From assembly GCF_018350175.1 (NCBI RefSeq), contig NC_058375.1, positions 96,720,001 through 96,784,000 on the forward strand: a stretch of DNA of 64,000 nucleotides, in the 5' to 3' direction. The position numbers and the translations under genes are program-made. The notes below the pieces were generated by a model. That model was not told the origin of the DNA, searched no databases, and was given only the letters and a program-made list of their open reading frames with translations. Shown in pieces: positions 47,515 to 58,612 of this stretch. The stretch comes from Felis catus. Lineage: Eukaryota. How positions within the stretch are numbered: position 1 is the first letter of the stretch; every line of letters begins with the position of its first letter.

Positions 47515-49359
47515 TGACCTGAAGCAGCTTTGAGTCTTCCCTCTTCACTTTCCAGATAGAAAATTATTTCATTGTGTCTGGAGAATCTGCCGTACTTCCT
47601 TTTTCTCTATTAAAAGGAAAAACCCCCACGATTTTGAATTGTTCGAGTGGGTGTTAAATTCAGTAAAACGTTGGGCAAGTACTTAAAATAAAAGCTTCGT
47701 TGCTTCTGTTTCTAAACAAAGTTTGTGGCAGTGCAGTTTAATCCGTATAGCCAAACTGCGTGATGAAGTAGTTATTCCCAAGAGTTACCAATCAGACAGA
47801 AAGTTAGCATTAATTCTTGCTACTGTTGTAAGATACTGTTCTCAGCAGTTCTATGTAAAGGCCTCGATACTCTTAGCATAAATATACTTGTGAAAATTGT
47901 ATACCTGGTGCTGCAAATAATACCTTGTTCTCATGTTTCATGTCCACTCACTCTGTAATTCACTCACCAGGAAGGTGTTTGTTAACACACACATCTTGAG
48001 CCAGGTGGCCTAAAAAATGCTCTGATGAATGTACACCTGAATAAATTTTGGAACTCGGGATTTTTTTTATAAACATGCAGACTCTGTTCAAAGCATTCTT
48101 TGCTTTTAAATAAAATTCAGCTAAGCTAGATAGAAGAATAACTCATTGTATTCAAGTAGATCTCTCTGCTTCCAGGCTTCAGGAACTACACGCTAAGGTG
48201 GTTCCATTGAAGAGGCAGTGAAAGCAGGTCGTGAGGTATTGGCACCTCTTAGTCTTTAAGTGTTTGTGCTGTTATGTTTTCTATTTGGGCTTAAAGTCAG
48301 CCATTCAGCTGGAAGGAGCCATAGCAATCCAACTAATACCCTTAGTCTACAGGTAAATAAATTGAGGCTTAGCAGTGGCACGTAACTCTGCTCAAGAGTC
48401 GTAGCGCAAAGCTGGCAGAGCAGGGACTAGAACTCGGGTTGCTTTTATTTTGGCTTCTGGCAGAAGGATTTCTGTAGGAAAGTTTAGTGAAGTTGGTGGG
48501 GGAGAAAAAAAGAAGTAACCTGTTAAACATCTTCTGTCTCTTTATGAGATCTGCCTGATTTTGGAATTAAGTGTCACAGGCCAGACTCGGTCTGTCATGC
48601 CATCCGCATGCAACGAGGGTTGTTATGGTAGAGAAGGAGCTGGAGCACGAGAAAGAATTTTAATCGTTATATATAATGTCACAGTTTTCCAGGGCATTTG
48701 GAGCCTTACGTAATGCAGTAGTCTGTGGTTAAGATCTACATAGCCAGACAATTGTTGGCTGGTGTAACAGCTGTATGTTTGAGTATTGGTTCTTGTTAGT
48801 TGTTTTTAGCTTTGAAAAATTATTTCTCCTCTCAGAAAGATCCTCCACAAGGCTTTCACTGGAGTCCTTCTGAATGGGCGCCCTGTATGGCAGACTCGGG
48901 TTTCTCTTCTTGCCCTTCTCGGTGGGGTGATAGTACGAGTCTGAGTTAGAGCCGGCTCCACTTCTGTTTTTTTCCCTCGGCCTGACAAGGGGATGCAGTG
49001 GAGGAAAATGACTTCTTAGGCTCGGGACTGCTTAGGGATGTGGTAGAGGAACCGTCAGGGGCACTTCTGGCTCAGGATCCTTGAGCTTGCCTGGCTGGGA
49101 TGATGGTTGACGTGACTGAGATGCTCCTGCTGAGTACAGCACAAGTAGATGTCTCGGCCCACAGAGACCTGGCCCAGCAGAGAAAATACCCACCTGGGTG
49201 CGACAACACTGAAGAAGGGCGTCTGGGTGGCAGCGCTGGGGAGACTGTCTTTATTAGGTGTGACTTATGGGAACGGTGGCATCTTGCTTGGGCCCTTGGT
49301 GTGTCTGTGAAAGAATAGCATGGGTACCTGCTGTCAGTCTACCATATATTCTTGCAGTA

Positions 49360-49972
49360 TTGGCCGGGGTAAAGTGCAGGAAACAGAAAGGGATGCAATA
49401 CAGGGAATTAGTTGCTTAGGGAATCTTTGAAAGGGCTAGAGAGGTGGGCTCAGGCCAGGAATCTGGGAGCGACTTCTAGGACACCTTGGAACAACCTGCC
49501 ATGGGAGCTGTCCCGTCTGCCACTGTCAGGAAAGTGGCAATCAGGAGGCTGCCACTGCGACTAAGGCAAGAGAAACCGCTGCCCGTGTGATGAAGGGGAC
49601 CATAGCAGCCAGCAGTGGCTGCTTGAAGTCTGGAATGTGGTGTCTGGCCGGTGCCGTGGCAACTTCTTGATGCCTCTGAGCTGTTGACTAGAGGCTCCCC
49701 AATACCCTTGAAGCTGGAGCCTGGACGCTGATACGCCTGTGACCTTCTTTGCTAGCTGAAGACCGCTAAAAGCCACAGGCTGGTGGAGCTCTGCCTTGCT
49801 TCTGTCTTCCATATTTTGTGTCCTACGTCTTCATGGTGGAACCAAATTTTCATTCCGAATACTAGTCGTAAAGGAACCTGGAAAATAACATTTTTTCGTT
49901 TTCCAGCCTCTGCATTTCAGGAAGGCATACTATAAGCAGGTGAATGCTGCATGCCAGCTGATGGTCCCCACA
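49360..49972. mobile_element. Old ERVL-class LTR relic (family uncertain)
   Basis: AAAGGAACCTGGAAAATAACATTTTTTCGTTTTCCAGCCTCTGCATTTCAGGAAGGCATACTA resembles ERVL LTR termini. Confidence 0.45.
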
Positions 49973-50384
49973 TATCTTTTTAAAGATCGTATTTAAATAC
50001 ACTTTAACCCTTTCCTGATAACTCATTGTCATTTCTGCGAGCTCCTCTTTTTGAAACGGCCTTCGTTGGAATGATCACAGGGCCGATGGATTTTAACATC
50101 TCTGTCTTTGTACTAGCTCACGTCTGTCCCACCTCCTGCCCCTGCTGCTGAGATATCTGTGTTTTATATCACTTGATCTCCACCTCCCCTACAAGCCGTA
50201 GGCATCCAGGGCAGGGAGAGCACCTCGAATGAAGCAACAGATTCATAGGCTGGTCAGCAACCTGTGATTTCCGTGGCCTAGAAAGATGAATGGAGCCAGT
50301 GAGAATCTTTCCTGGGGATGTGAACTCAGACAGAAAGGAAAGAATTTCCAGTTAGGAGTAGGGATTTCAGCTGAGGGGTTTTGC

Positions 50385-51325
50385 AGTGGTGCGGTGGAGT
50401 TGGCCGTACTCTTTTGCAAGACCGATGGTTAAATTTTCAGGAATTGTGTGAGTGAGTTGTCCAGGACAGCCATTTAACAACATTAAGTTGCATAAAATTA
50501 CAGTTAAGCAAATTATGTTAAAAACAAAGGTATTTAATACTCAAAACTAATGATTTCCTTATTCTCAGCTTTATTGAAGTATAATTGACAAAATTGTAAT
50601 ATATTTAAAGCATACAATGTGAGGATTTGATATACATACACGCTGTGAAAGGACCCCCACAATTGAATGAACATATCCGCCCTTCACATATTTACTGTCT
50701 TTATTTTGATGAAAACACTTAAGTTAGTCAATTTCAGTTATGCAGTATAGAATTATCCACTGTAATCATCATGTTATACATTCGGTTGTAACATGACTAA
50801 GGTCTGAGAATCTGAAGTTTGCACTGTTTGCCAACCTCACCCCTTTTCCTGTATCCCAGCCCCTGGCAACCACCACTCCACTGTTTCTATGAGAAGATTG
50901 ACTCCTTTTTCCTTTTTTTTCTTTGTCTTTTTTCTTTCTTCCTTCCTTTTCTTCTCCCCCGCTCTGCTCCCCCCTCTTCTCCCTTGACTCCACGCCCTAT
51001 TTTATTTTAAATTTTTTTTTCAACGTTTTTTATTTATTTTTGGGACAGAGAGAGACAGAGCATGAACAGGGGAGGGGCAGAGAGAGAGGGAGACACAGAA
51101 CCGGAAGCAGGCTCCAGGCTCCGAGCCATCAGCCCAGAGCCTGACGCGGGGCTCGAACTCACGGACCGCGAGATCGTGACCTGGCTGAAGTCGGACGCTT
51201 AACCGACTGCGCCACCCAGGCGCCCCACGCCCTATTTTATTTTAATACATTTTACTACCATCTGTGCTCTTGGGTTTCTTTACATTTATTATCTCTGAGT
51301 GGTGGAAATGCTATATAATAGTATG
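50385..51325 (+). mobile_element. MER63-like hAT relic split by an L1MA 3' fragment (50561-50905, -), a pyrimidine tract and a young SINE
   Basis: CAGTGGTGCGGTGGAG...TTAAATTTTCAGGAATT...AAAAACAAAGGTATTTAATACTCAAAACT resumes after 51240 as CATTTTTACTACCATCTGTGCTCTTG...GGTGGAAATGCTATATAAT. Confidence 0.65.
51011..51226 (-). mobile_element. Very young Can-SINE, antisense in MAGI3 intron 1, perfect 19-bp TSD
   Basis: Youngest-subfamily diagnostics with CpGs intact; TSD ACGCCCTATTTTATTTTAA at 50992-51010 and 51227-51245. Confidence 0.95.
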
Positions 51326-52493
51326 GGGAGGGAGAGTCAAGGTTGGAAAGGCCATGCTAAGCCATGTACCAACTAATGTTATAGGAGAAGAAAGTATGAG
51401 TGAGCAGAAGAAATGATGCATGCTGTGGGCCTGAGGGGTGTTCATAGTAGACCGTAGGAGGGAAGGACCACAAACTCCACTTCCCAAGGTCCAGGATCAT
51501 TCTGGAGTCCTCCTACGGCTCTAACCTCCAGGAGGTGCAGCCCTACCTATTTTATTCCCTGTTCTTGGAATTGTGTGAAATTTTGAATTCCTCTGTGTTA
51601 TCAGCCTTAATAGAACACTTTGGAATTTTAATGGTATTTTATTTATTTATGATTATGTGCCTTTTCTCATGAAGAGGAGACCGTGTGTTGAAAGTTTGGG
51701 TTCAGGTTTTGTGGGATGAAGATTGAGGTAAAGAAGGTCAAGAGGGGCAGGAGCAGTGTGATGTGTGGTTATTTCTGGAGAGGAGCATTTGTACCTTGTA
51801 GTTTTTGATCCACATCCCTGCCCCAGGTACATTTCGTATTAGAAGATTGAAATCTCCACTGAGGGATGGCTACTGTAAATGTATATATTTCACTCTGTGG
51901 CGTTTTTCATGTGTAAACCGTGCACAGACTGGTAGAGTTACTTGTACACGGAGTAGCATGTTACTGTGTAAATGCCCTAAGCCTCAAAGGCTAGAGAGAG
52001 TCTTGGGGCGCAGGTGGTCTCTCTGGCTTCTCTTGTAGCTCACTGCCTCAGCCTCCTCGGCTGCCTTTGATCAGCTGCTCCCTCTCTGCTCATCTCTCCA
52101 GTTTTGTTTTCTCTGTACTCTGAGTGCTTCTCCCATGCGTCTCTGCTTTCCAAAGAGAAAACTGACCTTGGAGAGATCCTGCCCGCCAATCGCAGCGTGC
52201 CTTCACTTCCCCACGTGGGTTGTCCGATCTCAGGGGGTCAGGTGGAAACCTAGGGTGGCCTTCATCTATTTTCTTTTATGTTTGTCCTTGCCTAGATAGT
52301 CGGGAGCTGCCCTGTACCCCCAGAACATGTGCGTGTATGTTTTTTCTATTTCTGGAGTTGGAAGTATTCCAGAAACCTGGTCTCTAGGTAATATTTTATT
52401 TGATGTCCTTGTTTTAGAGGTTCAAACTGGACTGCACATAGTAAACAAACCCTGTCTTTTAAAAAGTCATCTTAGAAAAAATAGTGATTGGAC

Positions 52494-52675
52494 GGGCACC
52501 TACCTGGGTGGCTCTGTTGCTTGAATGTCCGACTTCAGCTCAGGTCATGATCTGACAGTTTGTGGTTCAGAGCCTGGGGCCTGCTTCAGATTCTGTATCT
52601 CCCTCTCTCTCTCTGCCCCTCCTCCACTCAATACTCTCTCTCTCTCTCTCTCTCTCAAAAATAAACATTAAAAAA
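52494..52675 (+). mobile_element. Can-SINE with an internal ~40-bp deletion
   Basis: Jumps from CAGTTTGTG to GTTCAGAGCCTGG; TSD TAGTGATTGGA on both sides. Confidence 0.88.
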
Positions 52676-53030
52676 AGTAGTGATTGGAAATGGATCTTTG
52701 AAAGGCCAATAGATAATCTCTTAAGATCATTTCTTACTCATTGAAAGCATAAAAAGTTGCCTAACTATGGCAGTTAGTCTGCTGTTGAAATTCTTGTTAG
52801 CATTCTATCCCTTTATCAGTATTAAGGAACTTCTTACAATATAGAAATATAGAACAATATAGAAATATTTTATCATCCCCCCAAAATAGTAAATGGGAAT
52901 AGGTATAATTTGTCTTATAACCTGCAGTTTGCAAACTTTTCACCTCCTAAGATACTACTTTTTCTCTATCACTGGCACTGGTGGTGATTAGAGAACATCT
53001 ATGCAAACAATATTAAAAGCTCACAGCTCA

Positions 53031-53250
53031 GGGGCCCTGGGTGGCTCAATCGGTTAAGTGTCTGACTTCAGCTCAGGTCATGATCCCGTGGTCCTCGAGT
53101 CCGAGCCCTGCATCAGTCTCTGTGCTGACAGCTCAGAGCCTGGAGCCTGCTTCGGGTTTCTGTGTCTCCCTCTCCCTCTGCCCCTTCTCCCCCGCTCGCA
53201 CTGTGTCTCTCTCTGCCTCAAAAATAAATACACGTTAAAAGAAAAAAAAA
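53031..53250 (+). mobile_element. Can-SINE with TSD AAAAG(C/T)TCACAGCTC
   Basis: Full SINE with TSD. Confidence 0.92.
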
Positions 53251-54267
53251 AGTTCACAGCTCTTGTGTGGCCATTTTCTAACTTTGGGGGCCTGAATACT
53301 TGAGGTGATAGGGTCAGAATTTCTTCTTTGTGCTTTTATGGAGTCCCTCTCTTTAAACAATGGTGCGGCCTTGCTGAGCTGTTAATTGGCTTCCTGCTCA
53401 TAACAATAATTTCTGAAAGAACAGTTGTGTTAGTGTGTGTGCGGTAAGTGGTCCTCACATACCACTTAGCCAAACATTTCTTGTCCTGATTTTTCACCTC
53501 AAGCTGCTCTAGGAAGCTTTTCACTAGGGGGAACAAGAGTATCTCCATTTCTGTTGTCCTTGTTGTCTATTGGTTCTTAAAAATAATGGAACTAAATAGA
53601 AACACAGGGCTTGGTGCATGTAACTTTACTTTACACACCACAGTTTAGGGCCAGTTGTCTTTTTTTTAGGTTCCTAGAGGTGAAATTACAACCTCCAGAC
53701 CATCTTTTGGCCAAATCCAAACAGATTTTTAGTAAAGTTTGATGGAATTTTACATAAAACTGTGGCCAAAGCACAGTTGAGTTGTAGGACTTTAAAATGT
53801 GGGCTTGGAATCAATCTGTGGTGGGATCTCAGTTCTACCACTTATCATCTGTTACCTTGGACAGATTACTTAGAAGCCTCAGACTTCATCTGTAAAGTGA
53901 ATATAATCCTGCATATCTCATAATGTTGAAAAATATTGTGTTAGATACAATTGGGCAGGATGTTTTTCCCTACTGTTTTAAAATGGCCCAGAAAAATCAT
54001 TACTATTATTTTATTCATGATCCTTGTTTGTAACAGGTTTAGAATGTTTACTGTTTTAAATCACTGACCTAATTACATTTCTCATAATTATAATGCTGTT
54101 AATTCAACCATAGAGATAACTAGGAGTTATCCTGGAGAACTGGGACCAGTAATGAATATGGCTTTTCTTATTAAGTATCAAAATTCAGAAATATACGTGG
54201 GTCTGCCTTAAAGATAAATAATACCTTCATGAGCTGAAAACTGCAACTTTAGGTAATAATGCAGTGT

Positions 54268-54564
54268 ATACCTAGTTTGGAATTGTGTGCCCCCAAAAGG
54301 TATGTTGAAGTCCTACCTCCAGGACTGCAGTTTAGAAGTACGGTCATCGCAGACATAATTAGTTAAGATGAAGTCCTCCTGGGGCGCCTGGGTGCCTCAG
54401 TCGGTTAAGCATCCGATTTCGGCTCAGGTCATGATCTCACGGTTCGTGAGTTCAAGCCCCATGTTGGGCTCTGTGCTAACAGCTGAGAGCCTGGAGCCTG
54501 ATTCAGATTCTGTGTCTCCCTCTCTTCGCCCCTCCCCCCATTCAAGCATGCGTGCATGTGCACA

Positions 54565-54615
<51 letters not shown>

Positions 54616-54953
54616 AAATAAAACACTAAAGAAAAAGTGAAGTCCTCCTGAGTAGGGTAGGGTGGGTTCTTCAGAGAAGAGACACCTGAGGGGGAGGATG
54701 CTGCCCGACCACGTGACTGTGGAGGCAGCGCTTTGAAGGGCTGCACCTGCCAGCCAGGGCCACTAAAGATTGAGGGCTACCCCCAGAAGCTAAAAGAGAC
54801 AGAGACTCGACCCAGGATCTTGGAGAGAGTGTGGCCTGATGGGACCTTGTCTGTGGACTTCTAGCCTCCAGAGCTATGAGAGAATAGATTTCCATTGTTT
54901 TGAGCCACCTAATTTGTGGTACTTCGTTACAGTAGCTTTAGGAAACTACTCTA
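54268..54953 (+). mobile_element. MLT1B/C-type MaLR LTR split by a Can-SINE (54381-54637, +; TSD TGAAGTCCTCCT; (TC)22 at 54568-54611)
   Basis: GAATTGTGTGCCCCCAAAAGGTATGTTGAAGTCCTA...GGACTTCTAGCCTCCAGAGCTATGAGAGAATA...TAATTTGTGGTACTTCGTTACAGTAGC...GGAAACT. Confidence 0.85.
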
Positions 54954-55309
54954 CCATTTTATAATGAGAAATATATCCCTGCTATTTAAGAGACATCTCT
55001 GTATGGAAAAAAGAGAAACATCTCAGTGCAATGGAATTACCACCTTCTTTATAACCTCTTAAATTGTGGATTAATATGCTAGGTGTAATCAAATATATTT
55101 TTTATTTCAGCAATTAATATGATCGATAACAAAAGCTAATTACTGTATAAATTCCCTCAGGCTGAAGGACTACAACATTGTAGAGTAGGTAATAAGTCAC
55201 TTCCTTACATGGGTTTCCTTGCTCACGTTCCCCACCTTTGCCTTCGTGTGCACCATTCTGAGGGCAAGTGAACTAGTACCACAGTCAAATGTAAGAGCAT
55301 AATAATGTT

Positions 55310-56420
55310 TTCATTCGGCAGAAATTTACTGAACAACTGCTAAGTGCTTGACCATATTCTAAGCATTGAGGATATGGCCATAAAGCAAATAAGCTCTCTT
55401 ACGGAGTTAGCATTGCAGTTGGGGAGGTAGATAATAAATAAGAAAATATAATCTAATGCCACAATAATAGTTGTTGCAGTAGCAAAGACTTCAGTAGCTC
55501 TTACTATATGCCAGACATTGCTTTTAAGCTTTCTCCTTCATATTTATTTAGTCTCGCAAGGACCCTATGAAACTGTTTTATCTCTATGTTCAATCTGAGA
55601 AACCCTAGGCACAGAGAAGCTAAGTAACTTACCCTAGGTCACACAGTTAAGGAAAGTACATAGCTGGACCCTGAATCTAGGCAGGGTCTGTGTTCATAAG
55701 TGATGTACTCTACCCTCTGAAAAGCATAGATCAGGATGATGAGGTAGAGCGTGTATTGTTGAGATTGGGTGGTCAGGAAAGGCCTCCCCGAGGTGGGGAC
55801 AGGTAAGCCACAAGTTGAATGACTGGAAGGAAGGAGTCTGCTGAGTGAAATTTTTGAGAAGAAACCTTGCTGTCAGAGGGAATTATTAAGTACAAAGGTC
55901 TTAATGTAAGAACTGGGTGTGTCATAGGACTGGAAAGGCCAGTGTGACTGGTCCCTGGTAAAGGAGGGGAACAAGCAATAGGGCTGAGGTCGAAGAAGTC
56001 GGCAGAGGCCCGTGGGGGTCCGTAAGCCATGTTAAGGGTTTGGATTTCATTTATATTCATAGCGTCACCAGAATGGGTAGAGCCGGAGAATGATTGGCAT
56101 ACATTTCAAAAAGTCACTGTTCGTGATTTGGGAGGAGCGGGAGTGGAGGAAGGGAAGGAGGTGAAGGTCGGCTTGATCTAGCATACAAATAGGGACGCTG
56201 AAGCTAAGGGGATGGACTTGAGAGAGGTCTTGAAAGAGGAGCTAATGGGACTTGGCTGATTGTTTGCAGGTGAGGGAAGGAACGGCCTTCAGGGTAACTT
56301 GGAGTTTTTTGCTTTGAGCTTTGAGGTGAGGGTGTGTGGTGGTGCCATTTCCAGGAATAGGAAAGATGGGAGATTGGGGCTAGTGAAGAGGTTTTCTGTG
56401 GAGGAGGTATATCTGCCATC
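55310..56420 (-). mobile_element. L2 fragment interrupted by a MIR (~55465-55712)
   Basis: TTCATTCGGCAGAAATTTACTGA L2 tail; GGTCAGGAAAGGCCTCCCCGAGG...GGAAAGGCCAGTGTGACTGG; MIR core GGCACAGAGAAGCTAAGTAACTTACCCTAGGTCACACAG. Confidence 0.75.
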
Positions 56421-58083
56421 TAGATTACTTTCTTAACTCTTTACTCTCCTTCCTTTATTATATGTTAACCCATCCCCATATCCATCTGTCAGTCCTGTTT
56501 CTTATGCCTTTCAAAGTCAGTTGTAGTCATCAGTACGTTTTCCCAAGGCAGGTTTTTAAAATCTCCATTTTTCTCATTTTACAGACGAGAAAACTGAGGT
56601 GAGATGCTCGAGGTTGTGTAGCGAAATGTTGGCGGATCTAGGATTACCATGCAGGTTATCATCAGTCTCAGGCTCTAATTTGATTTTATTTTAACATATA
56701 TATAAGAACAAAAATGAATTTTGGGGACCGGACAAGTTTTGCTGCCAACTGGCGTATGTGCTAAAAATCTCTTGGACCCAAATTTCAAAGACCAGATGCA
56801 AAGGATGTGGTACTACTGTTGCATTTGATTGGATTACAAAGTGAGCGTATCGCTTAGGACTTGTTGGAAAGTACAGTATAATGTAGAACGGAGAACATTT
56901 TCAGATAGTTGGTCCAGGAATGTAGCTTGGGATTCTTCCAAGCATTAATCCTCTTGTTGGCAAAGCCTTTGCATTTAATTAGCAAATGTTCCGTGCATGC
57001 CTACTATGCTCTAAGCCTCACGCCAGGCCAAGATACAACAGGGAATGATTCATTTCCTTTCAAGGAATTTAGCCTTTCAGTTTTGTTTCAATTTCCTCAA
57101 ATCTCCCTCTATCGTTTGCTGTATGTTTGTTTAAAAATGCAATAAAAGCTGTAGTTTAAAAGGTAAGAAGGTTTATTTAATCCAGGTAAAATTTCAGCCT
57201 CTGTGGCAAATTTATATGCATATTACATAGGCTGCAGGTTTTTCATTTGCTTTGTGTGAGCACCTTGTTTTCTAAGGAGTGAAAATAGGCCATTTTAGTC
57301 TCTAGCTGATGGAATTAACTAGCTAGGTTATCAGTGAAGTCAGTATCAAGCTTGGAAGTCAATAGTGATTTGAGTTGTTATAGGAGTATGAGACATGTTT
57401 ATCTTCAAAAGTGACACTTAATTGTCTTAGATTGATGTTATTTTTGTGCTTCCTTGTAGAATAAACATTTTCACAATTTATTGACTTCTGATAGTTGAGT
57501 TTTAAGGAAATTAACCCAGTAGAGCGTTGTGTTCTTCCCGTACTGTGGTTGCTGTCTGTTCTAACATTTAATATCCTCCAGCAAGTCTCTTGCTCTTATC
57601 TTTCCAAACTCATTTCTCATTATTCCCCAGTACAGATACTCTGTTACAGCCAAACTAAAGTGTTTGCCCTCCTTCTTCAAAATTCTGTCTTAAACTTATT
57701 TCCTTCAGAGATTTTTTTAGGATTAATCTGTTACAAATTTTATTTGTATACTTTGCAGCTCCAGGATACTGAAATGGTTCTGTACTTTGCCATAATACAT
57801 TATTAATTTTATAGCTCTTTAGCTCGGTAACTGAGACTCCATCCAGCGGACCGTGGTGTTAGAATTGGTCTATTACCAACTCTGAGGAAAGTGCTCAGAT
57901 TTGCATTAATCAATAAAAACACTTTCTAGACTGGAAGGCAGTTCTGTACCTTTGACCAAGAAGAGCTTCACCTTGGTGGAAGGTTCGAGAGGAACAGTTT
58001 TCTCTCCCTGATTTGTTTAGGAAAAAGAGAAGCAGATGGAATTTAGCTCCTTGTCAGTCATAATTAGAAAAGTATAGAGGGCA

Positions 58084-58612
58084 AGAATGCAAACTGGTGC
58101 AGCCACTCTGGAAAACGGTATGGAGGTTCCTCAAAAAACTAAAAAGAGAACCACCCTACGACCCAGCAATTGCACTACTAGGCATTTATCCACGGGATAC
58201 AGGTGTGCTGTTTCAAAGGGACACATGCACCCCCATGTTTATAGCAGCACTATCGACAATAGCCAAAGTATGGAAGGAGCCCAAATGTCCATTGACAGAT
58301 GAATGGATAAAAGAAGCTATAGTATACATATATATACCTACAATGGAATATCACTCGACGCTCAAAAAGAATGAAATCTTGCCATTTGCAACAACACGTA
58401 TGGAACTAGATTGTATTATGCTAAGTGAAAGAAGTCAGAGAAAGACAATACGATTTCACTCATGTGGAATCTGAGAAATTCAACAGATGAACATAGTGGA
58501 AGGAAAGGAAAAATAAGATAAAAACAGAGGGAGACAAACCATAAGAGACTCTTAAAGTACAGAGAACAAACTGAGGGTTGCTGGAAGGGTGTTGGGTGGG
58601 GGGAGGGGCTAA
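58084..58612 (+). mobile_element. Felid/carnivore L1 fragment (ORF2 C-terminus + partial 3' UTR), lacking poly-A
   Basis: ORF 58097-58474 MQPLWKTVWRFLKKLKREPPYDPAIALLGIYP...CTPMFIAALSTIAKVWKEPKCPLTDEWIK is the L1 ORF2p C-terminus. Confidence 0.92.
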
